Source: Eledone cirrhosa (Eukaryota). Taken from it: a DNA stretch of 64,000 nucleotides. The notes below the pieces were generated by a model. That model saw only the letters and a list, made by a program, of their open reading frames with translations, made no database searches and was not told the origin of the DNA. The stretch covers positions 368,094,001-368,158,000 of the forward strand of contig OZ024743.1 in assembly GCA_964016885.1 (NCBI GenBank), written 5' to 3'. The first letter of the stretch is position 1; each line of letters opens with the position of its first letter. Of this stretch, positions 13,261 to 26,455 are shown piece after piece. Position numbers and translations under genes: made by a program.

Positions 13261-15225
13261 AATGATTTATTTTCTACTTCAAGTCCAGGTATTTTATGTC
13301 CTGGGATTTTATTGGGCTACTTTAATGCTACTTTGTTAGTAAATATGGCTAAGGTGAAAGATGAACATTTGCTGTGTAATCTCCATTTGACCAATGCAAG
13401 AATATATCAAATGTTGTTTGCATTATATTTTATGAAAATATATTTAAAAACACAAAAACCTTAAGTTCACAAAAAAAGAGAATTATTTTAACAGCAATTA
13501 TTCCATAATTTAATGCTGTTGAAAATTTTATATAAAATTTAATAGAATTATAGAATTGAGAGGTAATTATTTGGAAATATTTTCAAAATCTGCTTCAGGA
13601 ACAAGGTGATAGACCAGTTTATTCTGTTATTCTGGCTTGCAAGTTATAGAGTTTAAAGTGTTAACAGCTGCCACCAACCACCTCTATATTTAAACTTTAA
13701 TTAATCATAATATAATTGATAATTTATTATGGAATTATATAATATCGCTACACACACTGAACTAAAAGGAATGGAATTCATTACTAATACAGTAAGGCAT
13801 ATGGATAATCATTAAAAATATAGCAATCTTGAATTAGAACCCAACTAGCTGTGTGTTTGTTGAAAATGACACTGTTCAAAATAATAGAACATTGGAAAGT
13901 GAAAGAGGAAGTTTTATGCCCAGAAATCTCAATTGCACCAGAAGTAATATCTCTTCTCTGAGTTGTTTTAATTTCCTTTGAACTTCCACAAAAATAAAAA
14001 TATTTATAGAAAAGTTGAGTGGTTTATCTTTTTTGCAGAAATTTTAGACTAACATGAATGATATTTGTTTCTCTTACAGCGTGGACTGGGTGCTTTTTGT
14101 TGTGACAACTACATGGCCACTTTACAGGGCGCTCACACATCCTTTTTAAAAATATCTGTTATGAAGGAATGGTTTAATTACAAATTATAGTCTGACAAAG
14201 AAAACCTGTTTCATGAACCTTGTATTCTATGAACTGATTTGGATTTGAAATACCTCTCTTTCTTCCTGTAGTTCTTTTTATAACTCCTTTAATTTTCATA
14301 TTGAAGGCATTGCATTTTTAATATTTCTCAAGAAACCAATATTCTAGTTTATCGATTGATGATATTTATTGTTGTTAGTCTTACACACTGCTCTTTTAAT
14401 TTTTTCTTGCTTTGGTAATTGTGTTTATTATGTGCTTATATATATATATATATATATCCCCATTGTGATCCTGTCTTTATTTGTACTCCTAAAGGGCTTA
14501 AACCTGACATCTTGATCTTTCTTTCCTCTTTCCAATATAAAACTTGAAACTAATAAGACTTTTTGTACCTCTGTTTGTTGTCTCCTTGAACTACACGCAC
14601 ACGCACACTCTCTGATAAAAGTAGATTTTCTAGTAATGGATGATTTCAACTGTCCTCTTTATAAGGTCACCTGACTCTGCTGCAGCATGAAACCTGTCAT
14701 TATGATGTGTCAGTTCAACTCTAGTAGTCTCTCAGATAAATCTCCCATTTGGATTAGGACTGAACTCACACCGATGAAATGTTATGTCAATACTAGTTGT
14801 GTAATATTTGGAAAAAAAATGAAATGATTACTTCTGAGATCGAGATATTAGCTACAATATTTGGAAATAATGTGATGAGGATTAGACAAGACAATCCTCT
14901 ATAAGAGTGTGTTAAAATTTAGAGGAAAATTGTTCTTATAACTTTACTGTGAGTCAAGAGCTGTGAAAAAAAAACTTGCTGAATAATTAATGGATTGCAG
15001 CTTCAAGTTGGAATTGCAGATTAGTAAGAACCAAATTCATTTATGACAATGTTCTATCTTAATCAATTTTAATTTTAACCTGATTATTTTAGAATTAATA
15101 TAAAGGCTATATAGAATATTATATGCTAAGAAAAGTCTTAAAACTTTAGAATATCTGCTAAAGTAAAAATAACAGTAGCTTTAAAAATATTTTATACAAA
15201 GACAACACACATCTTTTTCAAGACA

Positions 15226-17625
15226 TTTTTCTGGCTTCCAGTATGCGGAAACTCGCAATGGGGGGAGTGGACAGCAGGATCTTCAGAGGAAGAACTCCCA
15301 CCAAGCAAGTGTTTCAGTCCTTGATTCTTCCTGACACTTTAAGGGAGCCAGGCCCACCCAGACCATGACTCTTAGGTATCCTCCTGTTGTTTTTCTCCTC
15401 CAGTAGGATATGAACCCAGAATCTTCCAGTGATCTTGTTACTCATTCCTGTAGTTTACACCACTTGGCCACAAAAACAATCAGTAGAACACATCACGTCT
15501 ATTTAAACAGCAATCCTTCTGTCTTGGCTCCAGTTGTCATTCTTATTTGACCATAGCCACATTGAACTTTTCTCAGCTGTCTCTGGCAGGCGTGTGATCG
15601 TTGCTGTCCTTTTCTGACCTTTGATTCCAAACTGACCTAGTAGTTGGGACATGGAAGCTGTGATAAATCCTCATCCACCAACTTCCACTGGCTTCATTTT
15701 GCATTAATTCCCCTCTTTTGTCATGTCTCTGGCGATGTCTTCACATTTCCTCATCTTGTACTCATGTTGTTCATCTACACAGCCCTCATAGGGGACTGTC
15801 ATCTCAACCAGGATAACTGTGGTTCCTGCTTCTGGCCACAGGAAAATATCTGGTCTTTGTCCTTTCTTACTAATGAATTTGGGGTAATTCTTATGCTAGT
15901 CTGTGAGATCAGCAGATATTGCCCAATCCTCTTCTGTCCAAGTACAACTTCATGGCATGGTATCTTTTTGGATCCACTCAATTTCTTCTCATACTCTTTT
16001 GTTATGACGGTTAGGACTGAATCAGTGGTTTCGAGTTGCATCTGCTCCCAGATTGACTGAGTCAACTTTTCTGGTATTCTGTTGTGCTTTCATGGGTATC
16101 TGCCATTGGCAAGAGATAATTGACATGAACTTGCACAGAGAGCAATTAAGATCCTCCTCTTTAGCCCATTTCACAAGGTTGGTCTTCGATGGGAGTATGT
16201 CATATTACCCTGTGTGGTTCCATCTGCCACACATCTTTCCATGCGGCCTTTGCAATGCCTAGTCTCAATTCGTCCACTGACCCTCTTAGGACTGCTAAAC
16301 TGCTTTTGTGTACCTCTTTTCAGGTCACAATGGTCCTTACCTGTAGTTTTTGACCACCATTATATTTTTCTCATGCCTAGATCCTGACTCCCTGTCTGAG
16401 CAATTCCAGTGATTTCTTTGTGGACAAGGCTTTCTTTAGCATTAACTATGGCATCCTGGACCCTTGACTTCCTCTGTCTTTAGAGTGGGCTGTACTTCTT
16501 TGATTTTTCCATCTTGGGAGTCTTCTAGCATTATCTACAGTCTTGTCTTTCCAACCTTGTTTTCTTCTACAGTGGATTAGAATGGCAACTTTAATTAGCC
16601 TGTTGCCAGTACAGAGCTACATCAGTCAGCCCAGGGGGTACACTGAGCCACTTTCTGGTGAATCAGTTTTCATCTCTGTTGTCTCAACTTTGCTAGTAGT
16701 AATCTCGTATAAAAGCAGAGGCCATGGCTACATTGGTATAAGCATGTGCTGGAGGTACCACACCTTGTATTTCCCTGGCAATGGGCAACAATTAATCTTA
16801 TTGAGACCTTTGGCTGTGTTGTTAGCTGTCTCTTTCACCTGTTTGGTGTCTTTCAAGGAATCATTTTACCATCTCACCAAACTGTTCACTAGCTCTTCTG
16901 ATACTGTTGAGATTTTTTGGCTGCCAATTTCAAAACTGGTTCCTTGGCTTACTTTCCCTTTCTTTGGGGAGAGGCTTCTGAACTTTGATTTGAGTCATCA
17001 GTCACTAATTCATCAGATCATCACATTGACTGAGTGGACTCCGTATCTCAGACTCTTTGATGCCAAGATAGTGGTGTCATCCATGAAGGCTTTAACTGGT
17101 GGCATTTCACTTCCTCCACCCAGCTCCACTGGCTTTGCCTTGTTTTCTGTATGTCTGAGTTGCAATTGCATTGCCAGAACAAAGAGTATTGGTGAAACTA
17201 TGTATCCTATTGTGATTCCCACTTCAAGTTGATCCCAATTGGTTGTGAAGTTTCTGGTGCTGAACCACATCTTGAATCCATTTAAGCATTTTGCATATCC
17301 TCTCTGGAATGCGGTACATCTGGAGAGACATTTGTATCATGTAGTGAGGTACAGAACCATAGGCATTCACAAAATCCAACCAAATCACATTCAAATCTGT
17401 CTTGCTCTCTTTCACTCTGGTTAGCTTTCCATATCATGCTCCTGTATTGCAGGCAACTGCCAACTCCAGGGCCTCTGCCCATCTAGATGGATGTCAATAT
17501 ACCCATTGTTTAACAGATAGTTGGTTAGTCTCAATGCCATCACTGTAAAGAATAGCTTTCCTTCTACATTCAAGAGTATTGGACAGAATTGGCTGTCTTC
17601 TGAGTACTGTTCCTTAGGGATGTCC
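15226..17625 (-). mobile_element. Degenerate RLE-type LINE (Hero/NeSL-like)
   Basis: Fragments ILLNVEGKLFF, VIWLDFVNAYGSVPH, GITIGYIVSPILFVLAM and KAFMDDTTIL. The 3' UTR matches 38880-38990 in reverse. Clade assignment is inferred from motif style. Confidence 0.75.
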
Positions 17626-18329
17626 ACCAAATATGCTTTCACATATAAGCTGGTAGCTAAAACAATATAGGGTTGTGGATATTTTTCTTTCATTCATAAT
17701 TGTTTCTATTTTGTTTATATTAACAATACTTCATCTAATTCTAAAAATTATAAAGATGACTTTTACAGATGTCTGTAGAATTTAAATCTCTAAAATTGCA
17801 AACCAACTACTTGTTGTTGGCTTCGTTTAGGTTGACATAGTCCAAAGTTAGTGGTGTTATGTTGAAATCTGCAGATTGTTAAATAATTTGGAAAATTGTC
17901 CCCCCCCCCCCCCTCCACACACACACACACTCCAATATGTTTACGTAACAAAATGTCATTTTTGTAACAGGAATAACAACTGTAAACAATGTTTTGTTTT
18001 GGTAAGAGATACATTGAATTTTTGTTTCATAAAGTATTGTAGCTAGGCAATATCAAAGTAGTTTCTGACTTAATTTAGTTGTGATTATTTTTATGTTTTG
18101 GTACTCAGTTGTACACTTGGGATCAGCATTAATAAACCTTTAAAGATTAAGTACCAAAGATGGGTTGTTGGTGAAAATAATTTTGTTGATTGTCTGTGAT
18201 ATATAGTCTGTGGTTGTGTTGTACAGAACAAAGAATATATGTGATCTTTGTATCTAGTCAAACATTAGGATTATCAGTTATATTGTTTGTTCATTATTAG
18301 GGTTTGGGGAATTGAAAACTGCATATGAA

Positions 18330-20578
18330 TCAATAGGTCGCACTTCTTGTAGTACTTCAGCAACAATTTGTATCGCCATCTGGAGATCATACTATTGAAT
18401 ATGTGTTTTTGTAGAGCATCATAATGGCTTTTACTATTTCACTTGGTATACTGTATGTTAGCAGTATTTCTTCTATTTTACCACTATCAATCAAATCGAA
18501 TTGATAGTCCTCTTTGACAGACATTTTAATTTTTTTCTCAATACTTTTTTTGATTTCTGGACAGATGCAGTTAAGCAGCATAGTGTTAATAATTTTTGCA
18601 GCTATTGTTGTTTTTGCCACACCAAGATCTCCTTTATTGTGGAATGTTTCTATATTGTTTTGATTATATACGTCATTGCAAAACTTCAGGTGGTATTTCA
18701 TCAAGGCAAGGGGCTCTGTTCAATTTCCTTGTTTTTAGAACAGCATTTGTAAAGCTTCCACATTTGATATTGAGTTGCTCTGATATTTGTTGTATAGGCA
18801 TATCAACTATGTTTGGAGGTTTGCCAAGGAGATTTTGGAAATGATTTTTCCACATTTGTAGCCTTTCTTTTTCACTTGTTGCTTTGAGATTTGACTTCAT
18901 TGGTTTTTTTTTTTTTTTCCACTGATTATATTGATGGTTTGCCAGGCTGCAGCAGATTATTTATTTTCAATTGAGGATTGAACTAGGTTAATTCTTTTTT
19001 TTTTTTTCTGCTTACACTCATTTTCAACTGCTTGATATGTATCAGATAGATCTTTCAAAGCTTCTTCATGACATTTTGTATTGCTTCTTGTGGGTACTTT
19101 ATACTTTTATTCTGCAGCTTTGAATATTTGTCTCTTTTGTCTTATCTTTTGGTTTTCCCATGGAACATGTTTTCTTATTTTAGGTTTTATTTGAATATTC
19201 TCTTCTGTAGCCTTTTTATGTGCTTCGATAAACATCTCATATCTTGTGTTTGGTGTTACATCATTGGATATTTGAAGGAGAGAGCTAGAGCTATTTCTCT
19301 CTGACATGGCATATCTGTTGCAAATGTTTGGATTCCTTAGGGCAGCCCAGTCATAATTTTTGCAGTTGGTTCTCTGTACTTTTTTATTTTTTCAAAAGCT
19401 TAGTTGAGTCATTGCTGTAAGTATCTTAAGGTCAGTGGTGAAACCACAGCAAGATCTGTAAGCCACACAGTTTACAACACTATTAATCCATTTACTGTTT
19501 ATAAACATGATATCTAGCTGCACCTTAGTACCATTTGGATTCCTTTTCTTTTCTGAAATTTTGTATTTAAGCAAATGAGTCCATTCTCTTTTATGTATTC
19601 ATATAGGTAGTTTCCATTTCTATTTATAAGTGGATGTGATGTGTATCTGTACGTAAGATATTGTCCAAGGTGTACATTCATATCTCCACTAACTATTTTG
19701 AGATTATGTTTGGGTATATCTCTAGTTAGGTTTGAAAGGCTGTCATAAAATTCAGCGACATCCTCTTTCAGTAAGATATTTGTGGGACTAACATGAAATG
19801 ATTGTGAGTTTTGAATTACCATTAAACGTTGTTAGTATAATTTTAGGATGAACTTTTTCAATACAATTTAAAGCATTCATTGTGCGATTGTTTTGTATCA
19901 TTCCTACACCCCCAATTGTGGAATTGATTGAATTCTTTCATGCTGAGGTTGAAACTATGGTTCATCCTTTCTCATATTCTTGATATTTATGATCAACATT
20001 TGAATTGGGAACTTTAGTCATAACAAAACTTTCATTAGCTGATTACACAACCATGGATGCGATCCCTATGGATGTGTTGCAGTAACTCTCTTGATAGATC
20101 TTGGTGTTCCTGACCGTTGATCATTTAGGATCCCTCTGCTCAGCATCAATGTGAGAGGCACTGTTGGCTCCGTTGTTGAGCTCTTCCACTGTCTCTTCAC
20201 AATCCAACATGCTGCAGTCCCATGGCTTTGCCGTATCCCTGGCAGGGTGGCTGAACAGGTACTATGTCTTGCCAAAGGGCACATATGCAGATATACGAAA
20301 ATACATAAAAAACATACACAAATATAAATATAGAAAATACACACAAATATAAATACATACAAATATATAAAAATATATAGCTAAATATACATAATATACA
20401 TGTATACAAATTATTGGATGGTCATTGACTCTCCTGAGTTGCCCTATTCTTTGACAGGTTTTGCGTTTCATCCTGCAGGGTGTTCAAAAATCACCCTCCT
20501 GACCAAGCAAGCTTGGTGTGGTTGCTGGTTTAGTCACCACTGACTGTATTGAGTTCTTTCTTGTATAGATACAGGTCC

Positions 20579-20580
<2 letters not shown>
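18330..20580 (-). mobile_element. Degenerate RTE-clade LINE (5' UTR, APE, start of RT)
   Basis: APE motifs GDMNVHLG, NRNG.YL...GLICLNTKFQK and QLDIMFIN; RT-proximal RAPCLDEIPPEV. The 5' UTR end resembles ~58300-58345. Confidence 0.75.
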
Positions 20581-20636
<56 letters not shown>

Positions 20637-20637
<1 letters not shown>

Positions 20638-21368
20638 TGGCTGAAGTCCCAGCTTCGCCCTGGAGAACAGTTAAAGACAGATAAAAGAGAAAACGACTGT
20701 ATTGGATGTGTTGTCTGGTATGAGGTGAGACCGTAATCTGTGTGTGAGACAGACATAAAAAAAAAACAATCATAAAACTTCCTTATTAGGCTGGGGGAGT
20801 AAACTGCTGATTAAATGGTAGCATTGGCCTTGGATTTTAAATGTGAAATAACCATAGTCAGTATGATCTTTTCAGCTGCAAAAGACGTCATCTGAAATTC
20901 AGCAATATACCGCATAACATTGCTTCTAAAGTGTTGCTTTGTTAGTACAGTCTGTAAGTAGTATATGGATAAAAGCTGGAGACTAGATTAATTTCAAATA
21001 GTATCAATTTTTCTTTGTTCTGTAAAATCAAAGACTGTAAAACGACATTATAAAAGCGAACACAATATTGTTACACCTTCCTATAGATCAAAGGATCTAT
21101 AGTTTAAGTTGATTCTAGACTTTTGTGGGACGTTACACTCTCTCTTTCTCTGAATATCTAACACTTTAATTGTATTTCTCTCTGTATAAGAGCCTATCTC
21201 TCTCTTTCTGCGTCTCCCTCTGTGTCAATCTCTCTTTAGATGTATGTGTTTGTATTTGTGTGTGTGTGTGTGGTTAAACATCTCTTCAGGCTGAAAGCAA
21301 TGATTCTTTGCTTAAACTTTAATCTGTTATTTTAATAAATATTTGCTCTATGGTTTTTATATATATGA
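20637..21368 (-). mobile_element. Probable non-autonomous Helitron (degenerate)
   Basis: + strand a|ctggctgaagtcccagcttcgccctgg resembles a reversed hairpin + CTAG 3' end (CCAG variant). Other end ...tttttatatatatga|t gives a TC start. Flanked by (TA)n. Confidence 0.5.
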
Positions 21369-21442
21369 TATATATATTATCCTTATCGAGCCCTCTTCGG
21401 ATTTTAGTCTTCACGTTTATTATTATTATTATATCTATATAT

Positions 21443-21627
21443 GGGCGGTGGATTGGCAGTATCTGTAGAGTGTCGGACGCCATGCTTTCCAGCATAGTTA
21501 CGTCCCTTTACGATCTGAGTTCAAATCCCGCCGAGGTTGACTTTGCCTTTCATCCTTACGGGGTCGATAAAATAAAGTACCAGTAATGCACTGGGTAATT
21601 GCTGGCCTTGTGCCTAAAGTAGAAACA
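21443..21627 (+). mobile_element. tRNA-derived SINE family A, full length
   Basis: Box B gagttcaaatccc. TSD attattatatctatatat at 21425-21442 and 21628-21645. Confidence 0.88.
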
Positions 21628-21775
21628 ATTATTATATCTATATATATATATATAGATATATATGTGTGTGTGAATGAAGTAGTTCCGTCGGAAAGGTCCA
21701 GGAAAAAAGAGTGCCCTATGTAGGTTACAGAGCTTAATAGTTATTACATAACTATATATATATATATATATATAG

Positions 21776-22369
21776 ATAAATAAATAGATATGTATTGGAA
21801 TTTTGTATTTCAGAAAAAATACGGTATGTTTAAAATAAACATTTAGAGAGCTGTAGCTATGCCAAAACACCAGTGACTAATGCCGTCTGGCAGTGTCCAG
21901 CAGAAGCAAGGGGGACAATCGTGGATGCGCATTTCGAACTGAACTGGTGCTCATCAGCACAATCCCTCCCACCCTTGCAACTGCTGGACTTTGAAAACAG
22001 GCGAGAATATATGGCTTTGTCGTCTGTGTAAATGAGGTGATTAATCTCATTTGCATATGAAGCTGTATAAGTTGACTCAACTTATAATAGAATAGAATTA
22101 CAATTTAGCTTCAGGCATAGTTGTATACAGCTATGTTTTGGAATTTTGTATTTCAGAAGAAATACGGTGTTTGAAATGTTGAAATGTGCATCCACGATTA
22201 TCCCCCTTGCTTTTGCTGGACACCGCCAGACGGCGTTAGTCGCTGGTGTTTTGGCATAGCTATGGCTATCTAGATGTTTATTTTAAACATACCGTATTTC
22301 TTCTGAAATACGAAATTCCAATACATATCTGTATACAACTATCCCTGAAGCTAAATTGTAATTCTATTT

Positions 22370-22370
<1 letters not shown>
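21776..22370 (-). mobile_element. Non-coding hammerhead-bearing element (~343-nt monomer + inverted arm) in (TA)n
   Basis: Direct repeat ggaattttgtatttcagaa.aaatacggt at 21797 and 22140 (period 343). The inverted arm 22178-22370 matches 21786-21939 and continues into the complement of ~22089-22130. Hammerhead at 21917-21964. Confidence 0.75.
21917..21964 (-). ncRNA. Minimal type I hammerhead ribozyme
   Basis: Minus strand gattgtg-CTGATGA-gcac cagttca gttc-GAAA-tgcgca-TC-cacgatt. 7-bp stem I (two G-U), intact core, palindromic stem III (ATGCGCAT), AUC cleavage triplet, one mismatch in stem II. Confidence 0.85.
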
Positions 22371-22401
<31 letters not shown>

Positions 22402-24311
22402 TGCGTGTATGTTCTTATATGGCTTGCACATACATTTGCATATATATATATATATAAAAGCCCATAAATAGATATAAAATCTATAATAATATATATAAAA
22501 CTGCATAAATAGTTTACTAAGTATTGATTAGCTTATTGACCTCAGAGTATTTTATTTTTCTGCATGCTACATTTCAGTGTGTATTTTGTGTGATCACTTT
22601 TACATATCACACCTCATGATATATACATATCTTTGGCTTAAAAATATCTAAATATTTCTTGAGCCCAAAGAAGGCTATATTGACTAGTCTTTAGCTCTGG
22701 AGACATGATGTTTATTTTATAAAGTTTGAATTACAAAATAAAAATATCTGCAATGAATTTGTACTACACATCTTTAATCTGGTAATTTAAAATTATACCC
22801 ACTCAGCCAATCTAGTTGTGCATGTTTTGTATAATATTGAGCTCACAATCCTTTTATAGTTAGTTAATTCTCCACTAATATTTACCCTAACCAACCAAGG
22901 AAAGAGTCTCTAAACAGTTTCACTTGTTGAAAATAGCAACCAAATCTTCCTGAAGCTACATCAAAATATAATTCAGGAAGAATATGACATAGGTGCATCA
23001 TTTGTGCACAGTCTACCCAGAAGATAGAATAATTTGAAATTGCACACACACAACAACCACCACCACCATCATCATCATCATTTGTAGGACTTACCATGTT
23101 GAAAAAAAAATCCAATATCAAAATTGAAGAACACAAAGTTGTAATCAGATGCTAATCAATTATGTCAGGATTGGCACAAGATGTAAATTACATATATAAA
23201 AGAAAATGACATATCACAAATGGAATAAGATTTTCATTTAGACAAACACAATCAGCAATCTCAGACTAGTCTAGAAGAAAGTTTAATATGGCCATTTATA
23301 CAAAAACAAGTTAAAATGGTATTAAAATTGATATATTCCTGGATTACAATAAATATTTGAACTTAATTCTAGTTATAGGATTTGTGTGTGGGTCTGGATA
23401 AAACTAATAACATTTGATAAATTAAAATATAAACACATGATGTTAATCAACAATGTATACACATTTATATCAGAATTTCAAATACATGAATATTAGATAT
23501 TTCATATAATATATGGGATTTTCATGATTTTAAAAATGATTTTCCTATTTGAAAAACTCATTGCTTTAACATTACTCATTTGTATGAAGGTTAAACTAAT
23601 GACTGCTCTTCATAGCACCAGCCAATCATAAAATTAGGAGACTGATTCCTTTATTTCTTATACTGAAGTGACATAATAGCATGCAATGTAAAGGGCAAAA
23701 TTCAGAACCCAAACAATCTAATGATGGTCTGCATTGACAACAATTTGATCCACTGAAGATTTTATCAAAAAGATTGAGAAGTTCAATTGACGACAACATT
23801 TTCTTTATCTCTCATAAAGAATAAGACCAAAACATTACATTCCTTACCCTTCACAGGAGTGTAACTTATTGAACACTTCTACAAACTCTCCTATGCGACA
23901 CAAAGACTACAACTTAAATTTGAAATTATAATCCAAAGGTCATAACACTTTAACAATATAACTTTATTTGTGAATATAGATATATTTTATTTTGTTTTGT
24001 TAGGCTGACTAGTAAGAATTGTACTCATAATCAAAAGTGTTACAATTTGCAGACAGTGATATACTAATTGAGTTTTTTTTAAGAAAGAATTTGCTTTCTT
24101 TTCCTTGTATTCTTCTAGTGTATGTAGTATAATTAGCCATAATAGTAATTATTTGACTGGCTGATAAAATATTTGATGATAATCTTGCTGGTGCTGTTTC
24201 CAAGTGCAGAATGTCTCCAGTGAACTCATTTAATTCACTGTTGCAAAAGATATTTTAAAATATAACAGTTAGCATTAGTCTATATAGAATCAAATGTCTT
24301 AGTTGTTTCAT

Positions 24312-24618
24312 GCTTTTAGTTTACCATTCCTAAAGACACTGATTTTCATTCGATCATCAGAGTTAAGCAACATCAAACTTGGTTAGAACTTATGTGAGTA
24401 TCCCATTAGGCAACTGAAGTGCTGAAGCCATCTACATAAGCCAACATGGTCGCTCGATTTACCAGAAATAGCTAAATCGCCCTTAAATTATACCCATCTT
24501 GAAAGGGGGAGATGCACAATTGATGCTTGAAAGTAAAGTTCAGTGGTCATGTTGTAATGCCTTTAATCATAAGGTCTGCTCAGTTAGAGCTGATCTGACT
24601 TGGTGCTCAACAATAATA
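24312..24618 (+). mobile_element. Degenerate 5S rRNA-derived sequence, probably the head of a SINE3-type element
   Basis: aaagacactgattttcattcgatcatcagagttaagcaacatcaaacttggttagaactt...gtgctgaagc aligns by eye to metazoan 5S (…TCTCGTCCGATCACCGAAGTTAAGC…GGTTAGTACTT…GTGCTGTAGGC). It is followed by ~190 bp of body that loosely resembles 39030-39230 (-) and an aacaataata tail. Confidence 0.65.
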
Positions 24619-25204
24619 TCATTGTTATGCTATGCTGGAGAAAGCTCACCCAACCTATGGAAAAACAGATGTATGATGATGGTTACTTCTATTAAACACT
24701 ATGGGTGGACAGCACAGCTTGAAGGAATTTTGGTTTAAGGTTTAAGCATTACTTTATAGTAATAATTTCAATATTATATATACTATATTTACAATGGAAA
24801 AAAAATAACACTTATGTGTTTATAGACATTTGTCTGACTTTTGTGCATGTTTTCTTTTATAGGGTTTAGCTTTTTGAACATGTAATAAATATTTTTCATA
24901 ACTTTTCTCCTTTATAGACCAACACAAATGTCAACTTTTAGTTTTGTTTTAGTTACAGTTAGAAATTTGTGCTGATAAAAAGTTTTATGCATGCAGATTT
25001 TATGCAGTGATGGTAAAAAATATGCTTATAACATTTCATATAGATATAGCTACACTTCCTTCTTTTCACAGTGAGACTTCTAATTCAATAAACTGTACAC
25101 AGAAAGAACATAAAAGATTATATTTACATGTTTCAGAGATGTTTGTCTCTTCATCAGACGATAACTATACCTATGATTCTACCTTTTATCTACATGGAAC
25201 TAAA

Positions 25205-25260
25205 TAAAGTACCAGTAATGTACTGGGTAATTGCTGGCCTTGTGCCTAAAGTAGAAAGAA
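25205..25260 (+). mobile_element. 56-bp 3' stub of SINE family A with 19-bp TSD
   Basis: TSD ttatctacatggaactaaa at 25186-25204 and 25261-25279. Confidence 0.85.
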
Positions 25261-25965
25261 TTATCTACATGGAACTAAAGTAACATTTAAAATACTGTAA
25301 ACAATTATTTTTAGGTGGTCAGATTTTCTTTATAAAATGTATCACAGCCAAATAATTCTCCACATAGTAATTTACCATCTTTTGTCCATGCTTTCATTTG
25401 TTTGGGATTTCAGTACATTTAATACCAAGAAACATTGTTAGTAAAGAGTAAACCAATAAAAAAAAAAATGATAAAGCATCAATTCAGTGCTTCTTTGAAA
25501 AATCAGTAAACATTCTCCAATCTTCTACTTTGTATGTGATTCTAGTTTGTTCAATTATGTATTTGATATTTTACATTCCTCTTGCTAAAGAATTTTATGA
25601 ACACATTCTCTTTGCAAATGTAGTTTCGTTTGTGATCAGGTTTTTCCATTTAAACTTGATCTTAAGACATTATTTAAAAATCAATTAAAAAAGTATTTTT
25701 TTAGGTAAATAAAATGTTGTAAATGATAGATATTTTAGATTGAGTTAAAATATAAAAAGGATATACAAAAATTGAAGCATACAGTAACTTTGCAAACAAG
25801 TAAAAGTTTTTAGGAAAGTACACGAAGAATGATTAAAAACATTTATTTCAATAAAAAGAGAAGTGTTTCATACAATTTAGAGTTATTTGTACTCCAGAAA
25901 ATTATACACTCTAAAGCCTGACCAAAATTCAATATTGTCAAATTTATATATATATATATATATAT

Positions 25966-26090
25966 TATAGAGTAAAGCATGTCCAGAGAATTATTTGATA
26001 ATATATATACATCATCTCTTGAGCCACATCGTGAAAAGTTGCCAAAACACATATATACCTGTGACTTTGTTTAATTGGTGCATGTGTAAA

Positions 26091-26095
<5 letters not shown>
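25966..26095. repeat. Small inverted-junction fragment of the same family as 27204-27863
   Basis: 25966-26015 resembles 27305-27360 directly; 26016-26095 resembles the reverse complement of 27204-27280. Flanked by (TA)n. Confidence 0.6.
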
Positions 26096-26134
<39 letters not shown>

Positions 26135-26137
<3 letters not shown>

Positions 26138-26455
26138 GTGACTTAATCAGCAGTGGAGGAGAATTCTCTGAGAACATAATAGCTAGAATAAGGACAGGAT
26201 GGAAGATGTTTAGAGAGCTACTCTCACTGTTGACAACAAAAGGTTTTTCTCTAAAGTGCCAGGAACTGCCAATGGATGGAAGCTGCAGTAGAGGTAGACC
26301 GAGAAAGACCTGGGCAGAGGTGGTGAGAGCTGACGTCAAATTGCTGAAACTCAGAGGAGATGGCAAAGAAATGTGGTCAGTGGAGAGATGCTGTGCTGAA
26401 AAGGGCCCATCCAACCCATGCAGGCATGGAAAAATGGACATAAAATGATGATGAT
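26135..26455 (+). mobile_element. RTE LINE 3' fragment, internally deleted
   Basis: RIRTGWKMFRELL and RGRPRKTW motifs; tail catggaaaaatggacataaaatgatgatgat. Confidence 0.75.

Noticed and set aside
6022-21586. Repeated peptide DAMLSSIVTSLYDLSSNPAEVDFAFHPY in separate ORFs
   Set aside because: It is the translation of SINE family A copies.
25137-25207. tttcag| followed by a short open frame, resembling an exon
   Set aside because: No convincing donor site, no domain similarity, and it runs into a SINE stub.
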